DNA of 64,000 nucleotides from Mustelus asterias (taxonomy: Eukaryota), in contig NW_027590186.1 in NCBI RefSeq assembly GCF_964213995.1, positions 62,001 to 126,000 on the forward strand. Reading direction: 5' to 3'. Below are positions 1 to 10,884 of the stretch, piece by piece (within the stretch, counting starts at the first letter, position 1; each line of letters opens with the position of its first letter). The notes under the pieces were generated by a model. The model saw only the letters and a list, made by a program, of their open reading frames with translations, had not been told where the DNA came from and did not search any database. Both the position numbers and the translations under genes were made by a program.

Positions 1-945
1 ACGGTAGAGGACACAAATAGCTTACCGAAAATTGACGGTCATGGGACTGTAGGGGATGAGGTCCTTAAAATGATTACTATTACTAAAGAGGTAGTGCTTG
101 GGAGGCTAATGGGACTAAAGGTAGACAAGTCCCCGGGCCCGGATGGAATGCATCCCAGGGGACTGAAATAAATGGCAGAAGTAATAGAGGATGCGTTGGT
201 TGTAATTTATCAAAATACGCTGGACTCTGGGGAAGTGCCGGCTGATTGGAAAACAGCTAATGTGACGCCACTGTTTAAAAAAGGAGGTAGACAAAAGGCG
301 GGTAACTACAGGCCGGTTAGCTTAACGTCCGTAGTTGGGAAATTGCTGGAATTCATCATTAAGGAAGAAATAGCAGGACACCTGGAAAAAAATGGTTTGA
401 TCAAGCAGACGCAGCATGGATTCATGAAGGGAAAGTCGTGTTTGACAAATTTACTGGATTTTTATGTTGATGTAACGAGTGCGGTTGACAGAGGGGAACC
501 AGTGGATGTGGTGTTTTTGGATTTCCAGAAGGCGTTCGATAAGGTGCCTCACAAAAGGTTGCTGCAGAAAATCAGGGTGCACGGAGTTAGGGGTAAAGTG
601 TTAGCGTGGATTGGGGATTGGCTATCTAACAGGAAGCAGAGAGTTGGAATAAATGGGTGCTTTTCTGGTTGGCAGTTGGTGACTAGTGGCGTGCCACAGG
701 GATTGGTGCTGGGGCCTCAAGTATTTACCATATGCATAGACGATCTGGAGGAGGGGACCGAGTGTTGGGTAACAAAGTTTGCGGATGACACAAAGATGAG
801 TGGGAAAGTGAATTGCGTGGAGGATGCGGTAAGTCTGCAGAGAGATTTGGATAGGCTAAGTGAGTGGGCGAGGATCTGGCAGATGGAGTATAGCGTTGGT
901 AAGTGTGAGCTTATCCACTTTGGAAGGAATAATAGTAAAATGGAA
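1..945 (+). mobile_element. CR1-clade LINE ORF2 fragment (reverse transcriptase), cut off at about 945
   Basis: ORF 172..1200 has CR1 RT motifs [36 protein letters not shown]; similarity stops after GRNNSKME. Confidence 0.95.
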
Positions 946-1143
946 GCTGCAATGCTGCCCCCTGTTGTTCACTTCTCCCAGTCTCAGCATTGCAGAGTGT
1001 TTAAACAAGAATGGCACATTCAGCACCATGGAATGAGAACATTCGGACTAACTCTTCGTTATACAATTGTTCTGTTTGTATTAACAGTTCACAATCCAGG
1101 TCACAGATCTGATTCAGTGAGAGGAGGTGAGAGTGCCTTTGCA

Positions 1144-1182
1144 GGTTTTTGTACGGGCTCACTGCGCCTTTGTAACAGTGTG
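1144..1182 (-). promoter_or_regulatory. Recombination signal sequence (23-bp spacer) of the V segment
   Basis: Minus strand: heptamer CACACTG (1182-1176, one mismatch to CACAGTG), 23-nt spacer TTACAAAGGCGCAGTGAGCCCGT, consensus nonamer ACAAAAACC (1152-1144). Confidence 0.95.
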
Positions 1183-1620
1183 GGGCTCAGCGCACAGTGA
1201 TACACGGCAGAGTCAGAGACATGGACCCCAGTGATATTTAAAGGAACTGTTTTCTTGTCCTTGTCCAAATCAGCAGAAAACCGGTCAGGGAAATCTGGAG
1301 ACTTTTCTCCGCCCCCCGTGCTATATTTCTGCAGTAAATATCTCGGAGCTTCCCCGGGATACTGGATGTACCAGAAGAGATTTGGAAAAGCATCCGTTGT
1401 TGTGTAATTACAATTCACTATTACGTTCAATCCTTCCTGAACCGTTAATTCAGCCGGGTCCTGGGAAACTGAATCTTGGCCATTGATTCCTGCAACAAAA
1501 TGTAGAATGTGTGAGAAATCTGTGAACAAATATAACCCATGAAACACACACTGAGGATCTGAGCTCAGACTCACCGGGCAGCGTGGTCATTGTTATCAGT
1601 AAAGCACACAGGAGATACAT
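1183..1620 (-). CDS. TRAV: Germline T-cell receptor alpha/delta-type V segment: leader exon 1620-1575, intron 1574-1490, V exon 1489-1183
   Basis: Leader MYLLCALLITMTTLP-G (46 nt) then GTGAGT donor; acceptor TTTTGTTGCAG; V domain QDSVSQ...VNCNY...LFWYIQYPGEAP...DSAVYHCALS with conserved Cys/Trp/Cys, no stops, followed by a 23-RSS; alpha versus delta assignment is by resemblance only. Confidence 0.9.
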
Positions 1621-1678
1621 GGTTCCTGATTGGACAGTAAGCAGCGACAATGTTTACAATAAGTTGCTGCCTCTAGTC

Positions 1679-1784
1679 TTATATCACAGAGTGAACTCAG
1701 ATCAGAGGCAGCTTCAAGTATTCAGAAACAGGGAGGCGTTTCTCAGTGCTGCGATTGGTTCATCTCCCTGAGCTGACGTCAGCT
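1679..1784 (-). promoter_or_regulatory. V-gene promoter: TATAA (1683-1679), CCAAT (1758-1754), palindromic CRE AGCTGACGTCAGCT (1771-1784)
   Basis: Motifs in the expected order 60-160 bp upstream of the leader ATG; CRE-like elements are typical of TCR V promoters. Confidence 0.7.
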
Positions 1785-1789
1785 GCGAA

Positions 1790-2110
1790 TCATAAAATCC
1801 CTGCAGTGCAGAAGGAGGCCATTCGCCCCATCGAGTCTATACCGGTCACAATACCACCCAGGCTCCACTCCCGCAACTCCATGTATTTACCCTGCGTATC
1901 CCCTGACGCTCGGGTCAATTTAGCATGGCCAATCAACCTAACCTGCACATCTTTGGACTGTGGGAGGAAACAGGAGAACCCGAAGGGGACCCACGTAGAC
2001 ACTGGGAGAACATGCAAACTCAGACAGAAAGTGATCCGAAGCCGGAATTGAACCCGGGTCCCTGACACTGTGAGACAGCAGCGCTGACCATTGTGGCATC
2101 ATGCCGCCCC
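1790..2110 (-). mobile_element. HE1/V-SINE-type tRNA-derived SINE
   Basis: Head with A/B-box-like GGGTTCAATTCC, V-SINE core GAGTTTGCATGTTCTCCC...CTCCCACAGTCCAAAGATGTGCAGG, CR1-like tail. Confidence 0.85.
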
Positions 2111-2336
2111 GTAACCAGTGAACCAATCACTGTTAGTTAATGATTTAATATAGCTGGCACTTTCCAATCACATTCCTTCCCTGGCCGTAAACTTATTTCT
2201 AAAGTCTTTGCTCCCTCTCTGCTCTCTCCCACATCATCACTTATTCTGTCTCATTAACTGGTTAACTCGCTTTCCTCAGAACTCAGTCCATCAATCTTTC
2301 TTAAGGCAGATCCTTTTTTCTAATTTAATCATTTAT

Positions 2337-2640
2337 GGGTGACACGGTGGCGCAGTGGTTCGCATTGTTGCCTCACAGCCCCAGGGACACGGGTTCGATT
2401 CCCGCCTCGGGTCACTGTCTCTGTGGAGTTTGCACTTTCTCACCGTGTCTGCGTGGGTTTCCTCAGGTGCTCCAGTTTCCCTCCACATTCCTAAACTGTG
2501 CAGGTTTGCTGGATTGGCCACGCAAAATTACCCTAAGTGTCAGGGGATAGCAGGGTAAATATGTGGGTTACGGGGATAGGGCCTGGGTGGGATTGTTGTC
2601 GGGACAGGCTCCATCCTGCATTGTCGGGATTCAATGATTC
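2337..2640 (+). mobile_element. HE1/V-SINE-type SINE
   Basis: GGTGGCGCAGTGG A box, GGGTTCGATTCCC B box, V-SINE core. Confidence 0.85.
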
Positions 2641-2769
2641 AGCAGCCTAACGTACAGGGATTAATGAGTAGCATCCAGGACTCAACATAATTAATAATTA
2701 GTGCTGTAAGTATACCGGGGATAAGTAGTCACTCAACTCTGCACCAGGAAATATTTCACGGACTCATAA

Positions 2770-3220
2770 CATAGAAACTAGAAGCAGGAGCCTTCTCCGC
2801 CATTCATCGTAATCATAGCTGATCATGGAATTCAATATCCTGATCCTCCTTCCCCCTCGACCCCTTTAGCCCCAAGAGCTATATCAAATTTCTTCTTGAA
2901 ATCAGACAACGTTTTGGCCTCAACTACATTCGGTGGTATTGAATTCCATACATTCAACACTCTCTGGATGAAGGAATTTCCCTTCACCTCAGTTTTTCCC
3001 TTATCTTCAAAAGATGACCCATGGTTCTGGATTCCACCATTGGGAACAGTCTTCTGGATCTACCCTGTCGAACCCTGTTAGAATTTTATAAGTTTCTATG
3101 AGACCCCCTCTCACTATTCGAAACTGCAGTGAATATAATCCTAACGGATTTAATCTCTCCTCATATGACAGAGCTGCCATCCCAGGAATCAGCATAGTAA
3201 ATCTTCACTGTACCCCTCTA
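2770..3220 (-). mobile_element. CR1 LINE 3' fragment
   Basis: Translates to IPGMAALSYEERLNPLGLYSL..RGGLIETYKIL; CR1 3' UTR. Confidence 0.8.
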
Positions 3221-4294
3221 TTCCCCAAATAGAAAAGCTCTGATTTCAATCAGTTATTATTTCTGCTCCACGGACTTGAAAATGGAACAATTCTGAGGCT
3301 GCATTTGATAATAGATCACTTTTAAAATGTGTCGCTGGGCAGATAGGCACCGAATCCAGAATTTTTCTAAGTACAGATTAAGGAAGTTATTCACCCGGGG
3401 TAATCTGCAGATTTTGTGCGGATGGGATCGGAGAATGGTTGGATTTGATCCGGGAATAATAGGATGGCAAATGTGACATTTCACAACACTGACAATGGCT
3501 GAGCTCAGTGGGGGAATATTATTCAGCTGGGGCTGTATTGTGGCCTTCATTTCCTGCGCATTTTCGTTGAGATCCGACTCTTTTTCTCTGACCCTGAAAC
3601 GTCTGCGTCACTTTTTGTATGAGGCCCGCGGGAGCCTCATTCACTGTGGGTCTCAGTGGGAATCAAATTGTTGTCTAATTGTCCCAGCAGATAACAGGTT
3701 CCTTTGAACTCTCCAGCTGCTACTTTAATGCAGACTTTAACCAATTTATTTTGAGCTGGTTTCTGTTCAATAAACTGGCACTGACACACAAACACATTAA
3801 AATATTTTAGACTTTTCTGCATTTTCAGTCTGGAAATCTAATCCTGCCATTTCACTCTCAGTCAGGAACAGATCCCAGTTTTGCACCAATCTCTGATTTA
3901 GCAGCATGCTTCCAGCATTCACTGTTGTTCTTCCTGACTCTAAACACAGTTGTAAAGGAACTTCTGTTCCTGGTCTAGGAGCGCTGAAACATAGAAGGGA
4001 GTGACTGAGATTCTTGCACATCTCAGGATTAAACCACACGGGTACTTTGCTGTCGTGAAGAGAGACGAGGAAGAGCAAAGTGCTGTTTGTCCCTCTGTGA
4101 CCCTGAAGGACTGCGTCCTGTTTGCCATATGATCCACCCCCGATTGTCTTTTCTGAGCTCCAGCCTGGTGATGTTAAACAGTCAGGTGGGAAAGACAAAA
4201 ATCTACAACAATTTTAAAAAACAAAGCTGGTCTATTTCATATTTATTCAGAATATTAAACCTCAACGGATGAAGACTGTCAGAGTGAACACGAT

Positions 4295-5275
4295 TCAGTC
4301 CTGGATATGATTAACAGCATCATTAAGAGTAGAATCCAAACCTTGCAGTCGTTTGTGAACTCGCTGGTGTGTTAGCAGGTGGGATGACTGAATAAATCCC
4401 TTTCCACAGACATTACAGGTGAACGGCCTCTCCCCAGTGTGAACTCGCTGGTGTTTCAGAAGATAAGATAAATGAGAAAATCCCTTCCCACAGACAGAGC
4501 AGGTAAGTGGCCTCTCCGCACTGTGAACTTTCTGGTGTGTCAGCAGGTTGGATGACTGACTGAATCCCTTCCCACACACAGAGCAGGTGAACGGCCTCTC
4601 CCCAGTGTGAACTCGCTGGTGATTCAATAAGTTGGATGAACGAGTGAATCCCTTCCCACAGTCTGAGCAGGTGAAGGGCCTCTCCCCAGTGTGAATTCTC
4701 TGGTGGTTCAATAGGGCAGATGGACGGCTGAATCCCTTCCCACACACACAGCAGGTGAATGGCCTCTCCCCAGTGTGAGCATATTGGTGCGTTAGCAGAT
4801 CCTTTTTATTTTTAAAGCTCTTCGCACAGTGGGAACAATTAAAAAGTTTGTTATCAGAGTGAACAAGTTGATGTGTCTGCAAGTGGGATGACTGAATGAA
4901 TCCTTTCCCACACACAGAGCAGGTGAACGGTCTCTCCCCAGTGTGAATTCGTTGGTGTGTCAGCAGATCCTTTTTGCATTTAAAACTCTTCTCACAGTCA
5001 GAACATGTAAACATTCTCTCATCAGTGTGAACAAGTTGGTGTGTCACAATGTGGGATGAGCGAGTGAATCCCTTCCCACACACAGGGCAGGTGAACGGCC
5101 TCTCCCCAGTGTGAACCCGTTGGTGAGTCAGAAGGTTGTATGAATGGGTGAATCCCTTCCCACAGACGGAGCAGGTGAACGGTCTCTCCCCAGTGTGACT
5201 GCGCCGATGAACTTCCAGTTGTGATGGGAAACCGAATCCCTTCCCACAATCCACACATTTCCACGGTTTCTCCAT
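4295..5275 (-). CDS. C2H2 zinc-finger protein ZNF-A, 326 aa, 11 fingers, no KRAB/SCAN/BTB
   Basis: Intact ORF from MEKPWKC with TGERP linkers; Kozak CACCATGG; splice acceptor at 5635-5634; tail KRLQGLDS...VNHIQD. Confidence 0.9.
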   Translation of the reverse strand: MEKPWKCVDCGKGFGFPSQLEVHRRSHTGERPFTCSVCGKGFTHSYNLLTHQRVHTGERPFTCPVCGKGFTRSSHIVTHQLVHTDERMFTCSDCEKSFKCKKDLLTHQRIHTGERPFTCSVCGKGFIQSSHLQTHQLVHSDNKLFNCSHCAKSFKNKKDLLTHQYAHTGERPFTCCVCGKGFSRPSALLNHQRIHTGERPFTCSDCGKGFTRSSNLLNHQRVHTGERPFTCSVCGKGFSQSSNLLTHQKVHSAERPLTCSVCGKGFSHLSYLLKHQRVHTGERPFTCNVCGKGFIQSSHLLTHQRVHKRLQGLDSTLNDAVNHIQD

Positions 5276-5799
5276 GGTGCGGGTGTCCTTGTGTTTCTCC
5301 AGGTTGGATGATCAGTTCAAGCCTCATCCACACACACAACATACACGTAGTTTCACCCTGCTGTGAACTGTGATGTTTTTTCAGGCTGTGTAACTGGTTA
5401 AAGCTCTTTCCACATTCAGTTCACTGGAACACTCTCACTCGGGTGTGTGTTTGTCTCGATGCTTTTCCAGTCACAGTGATGTTTAATTTCTTTGCCCACA
5501 GGCAGAACAGACAAATATTTCTCTTTCTATATTCAAAGACCAATGATATTCAGCTCCGAAGGAACTGAATGACTTTGTCAGATGTGATGTCCGGTTTGAA
5601 TTTTCTGTCTGCCAATCTTTCACTTCCAATATCCTGTAAAAACAGTTTAGAAAAGTCATCACTGTCAGAACACGATACAAACTCTGAACAGACAATTCTA
5701 GTTCGTCTGGAACATTTTTTCCTCTCTTGTTCCCCCAAATCTGTAAATCTCCGTCCCACACACTCTCCCTCTTCCCTGGGCTGAAATCCAAACCCATCT

Positions 5800-6213
5800 C
5801 TACCATTTCTTTCCTCCACTCCCAGTTTTCTCCCTCCCTCTCCTCTGTCTGGGTTCAGTTCTCCAGCTCCTGTCTGCAGACTGACAATAAAACCAATGGG
5901 TCTTATTGGGGATGTTGGGGCCTCCAGCGGGTGTTTGTGAATCCTCCCCGCCCACCTCACAGGGTTTCCTTCCTTCCCAGAGATCAGAACCCTCATTGAT
6001 TTGAGGCCAAAGTGTAACCTCTTATTTATTGTCCCCCTCCCCCATCCTCTGATGTGAACCATCCTCCAGTGGCTGAGCCAGGATGGGGCCGTTAACCTGG
6101 GCCTGTTCCCGGGAGGGAGGGAGGGAGAAGCCCCGCAGCTGCAAACCAGGGAGCTGACAATGATTCTGAAGGGTTTGCGGATCCACAAAGTGTTTCCAAA
6201 TCCTCCCAGCCAC
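5800..6213 (-). repeat. About 410-bp segment nearly identical to 39138-39550 (inverted copy)
   Basis: ORF-track translations 5550..6383(-) and 39138..39602(+) are almost identical over about 135 codons. Confidence 0.9.
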
Positions 6214-6229
6214 CGCCTAACGCTGACTC

Positions 6230-6524
6230 CGCTTCTCCGTGACAAACAAGCGCCAAGGCCAGCAATGACACTGCGCATGCTCCACATCACAATGCCCGGG
6301 AGCTGATTGACGTCAGCTCCGGACCAATAGGAAGAGGGGGCGGGACTGGAGGACCGAGCGGGAGCGGCTGGTCCTCCAACCAATCGGAGTGAATGAGGGG
6401 CGGGACCTGAAGCATGCGCAGTGCGGGTAATGGCGGCGGCGGACGGACGGTTTCAACTTGGAAGCGAGAACAATACAAGGTAGAGGGCGGCGCGCGGGGA
6501 ATGATAAATGTGGCGGGTGGGTGG
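6230..6524 (-). promoter_or_regulatory. CpG promoter cassette of ZNF-A (copy 1)
   Basis: 13-bp inverted repeat CACTGCGCATGCT 6269-6281 / AGCATGCGCAGTG 6411-6423 (NRF1-like) enclosing CRE TGACGTCA, two CCAAT boxes and two GC boxes. Confidence 0.75.
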
Positions 6525-7320
6525 CCTTCAAAAAGAATACGGCCCGGCCGTACATCTTAGAGGCCGCGACAATGGCTGAGGGGCCGACAACCCCAGCCAT
6601 TGCCTTGACACAGGCCTCGATGGACATGTCGGGGTGGGCGTAGCACTTCACCCCGAGCTGCCGCGTGAGCAACGAAAAAGGTGGCAGGGCCTTGGGAGCG
6701 GCGGGGGCTCTGGCAGCCGCCACGCCCGCATAGGTGGGCCGAGAAGGCTCTGCCACGGCAGGGCGTATAAGAGGAGGGAAAAATAAGGGAGGGTAGGGTA
6801 GGTGGATGGGGATCTAGGTGCTCTCTCCCCGGAGCGAGAGAGGAGGTCGGAGGAGCAGGAGGGAGGACGAGGGACAAGGGACGGAGGGGGGCCGGTGCCC
6901 CAGTCAGGGGGAAAGAGGGGAGGGGGTGCCGGTGTTGGGGGCAGCAGCAGTGGGTGGGGGACTTTACTCCTCCAGCCCTTTTGGGCGCAAACAGTTCAAG
7001 TCCGGGGTGTCTTCGCCCGCCCGCCCGCCGATGGAAAAAACAGTCTGAATTTACTTCACCCCCCCATCCCTTTCAGGCACCGACCTTCTGATGATGAGGG
7101 CACCAGCCCAACCACTCAGTCCCTCGATGTTGAAACGTGCAGTCCTCCCTCCCATAGATGGAAAGAAAAAAGAAAGAAAGTCACTCCGTGTCCTCTCTCC
7201 CTCCAGGGAGAGAGCACCCTCCAGTGGGCGGACGGACGGAAGACAGGCAGGCCAGACGGCAGGCAGGCCGGACAGCAGGCAGGCAGGCAACAGCTCACCT
7301 TCCTCCCCCTTCCCACTTTC
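6525..7320 (-). mobile_element. Tx1-clade non-LTR retrotransposon 5' end (5' UTR and N-terminus of ORF1), 3' part lost
   Basis: ORF from 6756: PTYAGVAA...LTRQLGVKC...SIEACVKAMAGVVGPSAIVAASKMYGRAVFFLK resembles Tx1 ORF1p; GC/CT-rich leader. Confidence 0.75.
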
Positions 7321-7343
7321 AGATGCTGGAATTAACAAATTAA

Positions 7344-7416
7344 CATTCCTGCCCGGTTCTGACCCGGGGACCTTTCGCGTGTCAGGCAAACGTGACAACC
7401 ACTTCACTACAGAAAC
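7344..7416 (-). tRNA. tRNA-Val-derived gene, anticodon GAC, probable pseudogene
   Basis: GTTTCTGTAGTGAAGTGGTTGTCACGTTTGCCT-GAC-ACGCGAAAGGTCCCCGGGTCAGAACCGGGCAGGAATG, 73 nt, colinear with vertebrate tRNA-Val; damaged T-loop/B box and acceptor stem, no T4 terminator. Confidence 0.85.
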
Positions 7417-7599
7417 AACCTCTCTGATGTTGGAGACAGGAGGAAGTTTCAGTCTGTCTGAAGCTCAATCTTCATTCACGCAAAGCCCGCGCTCTGATCA
7501 GCTGAAGGACCAGAGTCCTTCCGGTCCTTCAACTCTTCCTATTAATCAACACCTCAGAAGGTCAGGGGGCAGGATCTGCCCTGCAATTCGCAGCTTCCC

Positions 7600-7900
7600 C
7601 CTCCCTTGGACATGCGCAGTCCCGGGCCGGGGGGAGGGGGAGATCACCGAGCAGCTTCTCGCTCTGGCCGGAGCCGCCAGCCGGTTGCCTGGAAACCTTG
7701 GCTCGATGTGGTGCAGGGGGAGGGGAACAATGGGTGGGGGACAATGGGTGGGGGCGGGGCTCCCGGGTCCGCGCGCCCGGGCCTGCGCACTGGAACCCAG
7801 AGACGTCACCGCGGAGCAGAGTGATTCCTATTGGCTGATTCAGGCAGGACTCCATTGTGACATCACAAAGGGGAAGTTGGCCAATGATGATGTAATTTAA
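7600..7900. promoter_or_regulatory. CpG-rich promoter-like segment
   Basis: CATGCGCA, GC box, GACGTCA, ATTGG, TGACATCA and CCAAT clustered. Confidence 0.45.
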
Positions 7901-8639
7901 ACAATGCCTGAGATCACTTCACTTCTTGGTCAGACCCCCTTTTCAGTCCAGTGCTACTTGGAGTTTACCGTCAATTCAACAACTATTGGGTTACAAGTCC
8001 CTCACAGTTCTGATCACAACTTCATGATAAAATAATTTAAATAATGCATGAGAACGCTTCTTACCGGACTACCTACCACTGGTCAGACCCCCTTTTTACA
8101 GATTCGGGAATCTCAGCCACTGAACACCAGCCGGTCCTGGAATAAGTTTCATTCTAACTCATTCTGAGTAAATATTCTCACCAGGTCCTCTGTCAGGACC
8201 CTGCTAAGCAGCTTTAATGGTTCATGATTGCAGAAACTGAGCAGTCACAGGAATGTGGTCAAGATAGTCCAGTCCCATAATGCCGCACATTTAATCTGCA
8301 GTCCTTCAGTTATAACAGAATATGTGGCTGTATGTAGCTGCCTCGGCCACGATCAGCGCCAACACTGCCTTCCTGAACTGCTATAATGCCGAAGGTGTAA
8401 GTACACCCACAGTGCTGTTAGGGAGGGATTTCCAGCTACACATTCCATACTTCCTCTAGACTGTGGGTGGATACGCGATTGAGACATTTCATTCAACTGC
8501 ACTCAAGCTGAGTTATTCAAATCCCTTTATTGTACGGGACAATATATTCATGATTTCTTTAAAACAGAAATTAAACATTCCCATTTGATTTCAGGTATTA
8601 ACATATTCTGTTAGTTTGTTCTTTATTGTCAATGTCAGG

Positions 8640-8925
8640 CTAGGGTTGTTCCCCTTGGAGCAAGGAGGTTGAGGGTAGATTTGATAGAGGTGGACAAGAT
8701 TCTGACAGGTTTAGATAAGATGGACAAAGAAAAGCTGTTCCCATTAGCTGACGAGAGAAGGACGAGGGGGACACAGATTTATGGTTTTGGGTCAGAGAGG
8801 AAGGGGGGATGTGAGGAAGAATATTTTGATGCAGTGAATGGTAATGACCTGGAACTTGCTGCCTACGAGGGTGGAGGAAGTGGAGACAATAAACAATTAC
8901 AAAGGAAATTGGATGGGCATCTGGG
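8640..8925 (+). mobile_element. Old CR1 3' fragment
   Basis: LRVDLIEVDKILTGLDKMDKEKLFPL. Confidence 0.7.
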
Positions 8926-9189
8926 GGAGTTTCAAACAGAAATGCTGACTAAAAATCTCTGAACTTCCTAACACCCTGTCACTCTGTGATCCGTGTGAAA
9001 TCTGAAACCAGGTATTCGCAACAAGACTCAAAGAGCATCAGCCCACTGGAGGCAAAGTCATGAGACCGGCCAGTCCAGCAGAAAGAAACCCTCCGACCCT
9101 CCCCATTGACCAACTGTGAGAATGAACAAAATGCAGTCCTGGATGTAATTGAGAGCAGAAACAATAACAGCAGAATCCAACCCCTGGAA

Positions 9190-10604
9190 TCACTCATGAG
9201 CATTTTGGTGTCTCAGCAGGGCGGATAAAACTCTGAAACCCTTCCCACACTGAGAGCAGGTGAATGGTCTCTCCCCAGTGTGAACTCGCTGGTGTGTCCG
9301 CAGGGTGGATAATTGACTGAACCCCTTCCCACACTGAGAGCAGGTGAACGGTCTCTCCCCAGTATGAAGGCGCTGGTGCGTCTGCAGGTTAGATAATTGA
9401 CTGAACCCCTTCCCGCACTGAGAGCAGGTGAACGGTCTCTCCCCAGTGTGAAGGCGCTGGTGCGTCTGCAGGTTAGATAATTGACTGAACCCCTTCCCGC
9501 ACTGAGAGCAGGTGAACGGTCTCTCCCCAGTGTGAACTCGCTGGTGCTTCTGCAGGTTAGATAATTGACTGAACCCCTTCTCACACTGAGAGCAGGTGAA
9601 CGGCCACTCCCCAGTGTGAACTCGCTGGTGAGTCCGCAGGGTGAATAAATCAGTGAATCCCTTCCCACACTGAGAGCAGGTGAACGGTCTCTCCCCAGTG
9701 TGAATTCGCTGGTGGGTCTCCAGCTTAGCTAATTGACTGAACCCCTTCCCACACATAGAGCAGGTGAAAGGCCACTCCCCAGTGTGAACTCGCTGGTGTC
9801 TCCGCAGAGTGGATAAATCAGTGAATCCCTTCCCACAATGAGAGCAGGTGAACGGTCTCTCCCCAGTGTGAATTCGCTGGTGCTTCTGCAGGTTAGATAA
9901 TTGACTGAACCCCTTCTCACACTCAGAGCAGGTGAACGGCCACTCCCCAGTGTGAACTCGCTGGTGAGTCCGCAGGGTGAATAAATCAGTGAACCCCTTC
10001 TCACACTGAGAGCAGGTGAATGGTCTCTCCCCAGTGTGAACTCGCTGGTGCGTCTGCAGCTCAGCTAATTGACTGAACCCCTTCCCACACATAGAGCAGG
10101 TGAACGGCCACTCCCCAGTGTGAACTCGCTGGTGTCTCCGCAGGGTGGATAAATCAGTGAATCCCTTCCCACACTGAAAGCAGGTGAAAGGTCTCTCCCC
10201 TGTGTGAACTCGCTGGTGTCTCTGCAGGTTAGCTAAATGACTGAACCCTTTCTCACACTGAGAGCAGGTGAACGGCCTCTCCCCAGTGTGAACTCGCTGG
10301 TGTCTCTGCAGGTTAGCCAATTGACCGTTCACCTGCTCTGTGTGTGGGAAATGGATTCAATCGGTCATCCAACCTGCAGCGACACCAACAAGTTCACAAG
10401 TGATTGCAGGGGTTGGATTCTTTCTCTCTCAATCTTTCTCTCTCTCTCTCTCTCTCTCAGCAGATTCGATGAATGATTGAATCCCTTCCCACAAGTGGAG
10501 CATATGAACGGTCTCTCCCCGGTGTGACTGCGTCGATGAGATTCCACCCCAGATGGGGCTCTGAATCCCTTCCCACAGTCTCCACATTTCCATGGTTTCT
10601 CCAT
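9190..10604 (-). pseudogene. ZNF-B: rearranged gene; 5' part (ATG 10604, about 1.8 fingers) separated by (GA)n and an inverted finger from an open 13-finger array (10320-9190)
   Basis: ORFs 10365..10823 and 9190..10332; the array has no N-terminal ATG of its own; 84-bp near-identical repeats. Confidence 0.8.
10421..10458. repeat. (CT)n/(GA)n microsatellite inside ZNF-B
   Basis: tttctctctcaatctttctctctctctctctctctctc. Confidence 0.9.
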
Positions 10605-10884
10605 GGTGTCGGAGTCCTTGTGTCTCTCCACAATCAGTGCACTGGAACACTCTGATACGGGTGTGAGAATCTCAGTGCTTTTCCAGTCAAAACCTCTCCT
10701 TCCAATATACACTGAAAGCAGTTTACAAAAATCATCACTGTCAGCACATGATAGTAATTCAAAACAGACAATTGTAGTTTCTATGGAACATTCTTTAAAT
10801 CTCCACCCACGCCCCTCACACATACACTCTCTCTCTCATTCCATTTAGCATTCTGCGGCACGGTGGCACAGTGGTTAGCACCAT

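Noticed and set aside
172-1200. RT fused to a novel C-terminal domain overlapping the V gene
   Set aside because: Read-through of a truncated CR1 into flanking DNA after about 945
3240-4200. Short ORFs between the V gene and ZNF-A
   Set aside because: No recognisable domain or exon structure
5420-5426. TGA/TGC alternation at a finger Cys (FQ*TDC versus FQCTDC) as selenocysteine
   Set aside because: The same leader has other stops at non-Cys positions and frameshifts, and no SECIS was identified; a shared disabling mutation is simpler
5650-5700. C/D-box snoRNA in the conserved pre-acceptor block (CTGA, GTGATGA)
   Set aside because: Boxes are in the wrong order; better explained as branch-point/acceptor sequence copied with the gene unit
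5550-6383. 277-aa ORF (and 39138..39602) as a conserved protein
   Set aside because: Similarity is nucleotide-level duplication of GC-rich promoter/intron DNA; no domain, non-ATG starts
7091-7900. 269-aa ORF
   Set aside because: Runs antisense across the Tx1 leader, tRNA and CpG segment; low complexity
9190-10332. PRDM9 ortholog
   Set aside because: No KRAB, SSXRD or PR/SET exons visible; only the array pattern is similar
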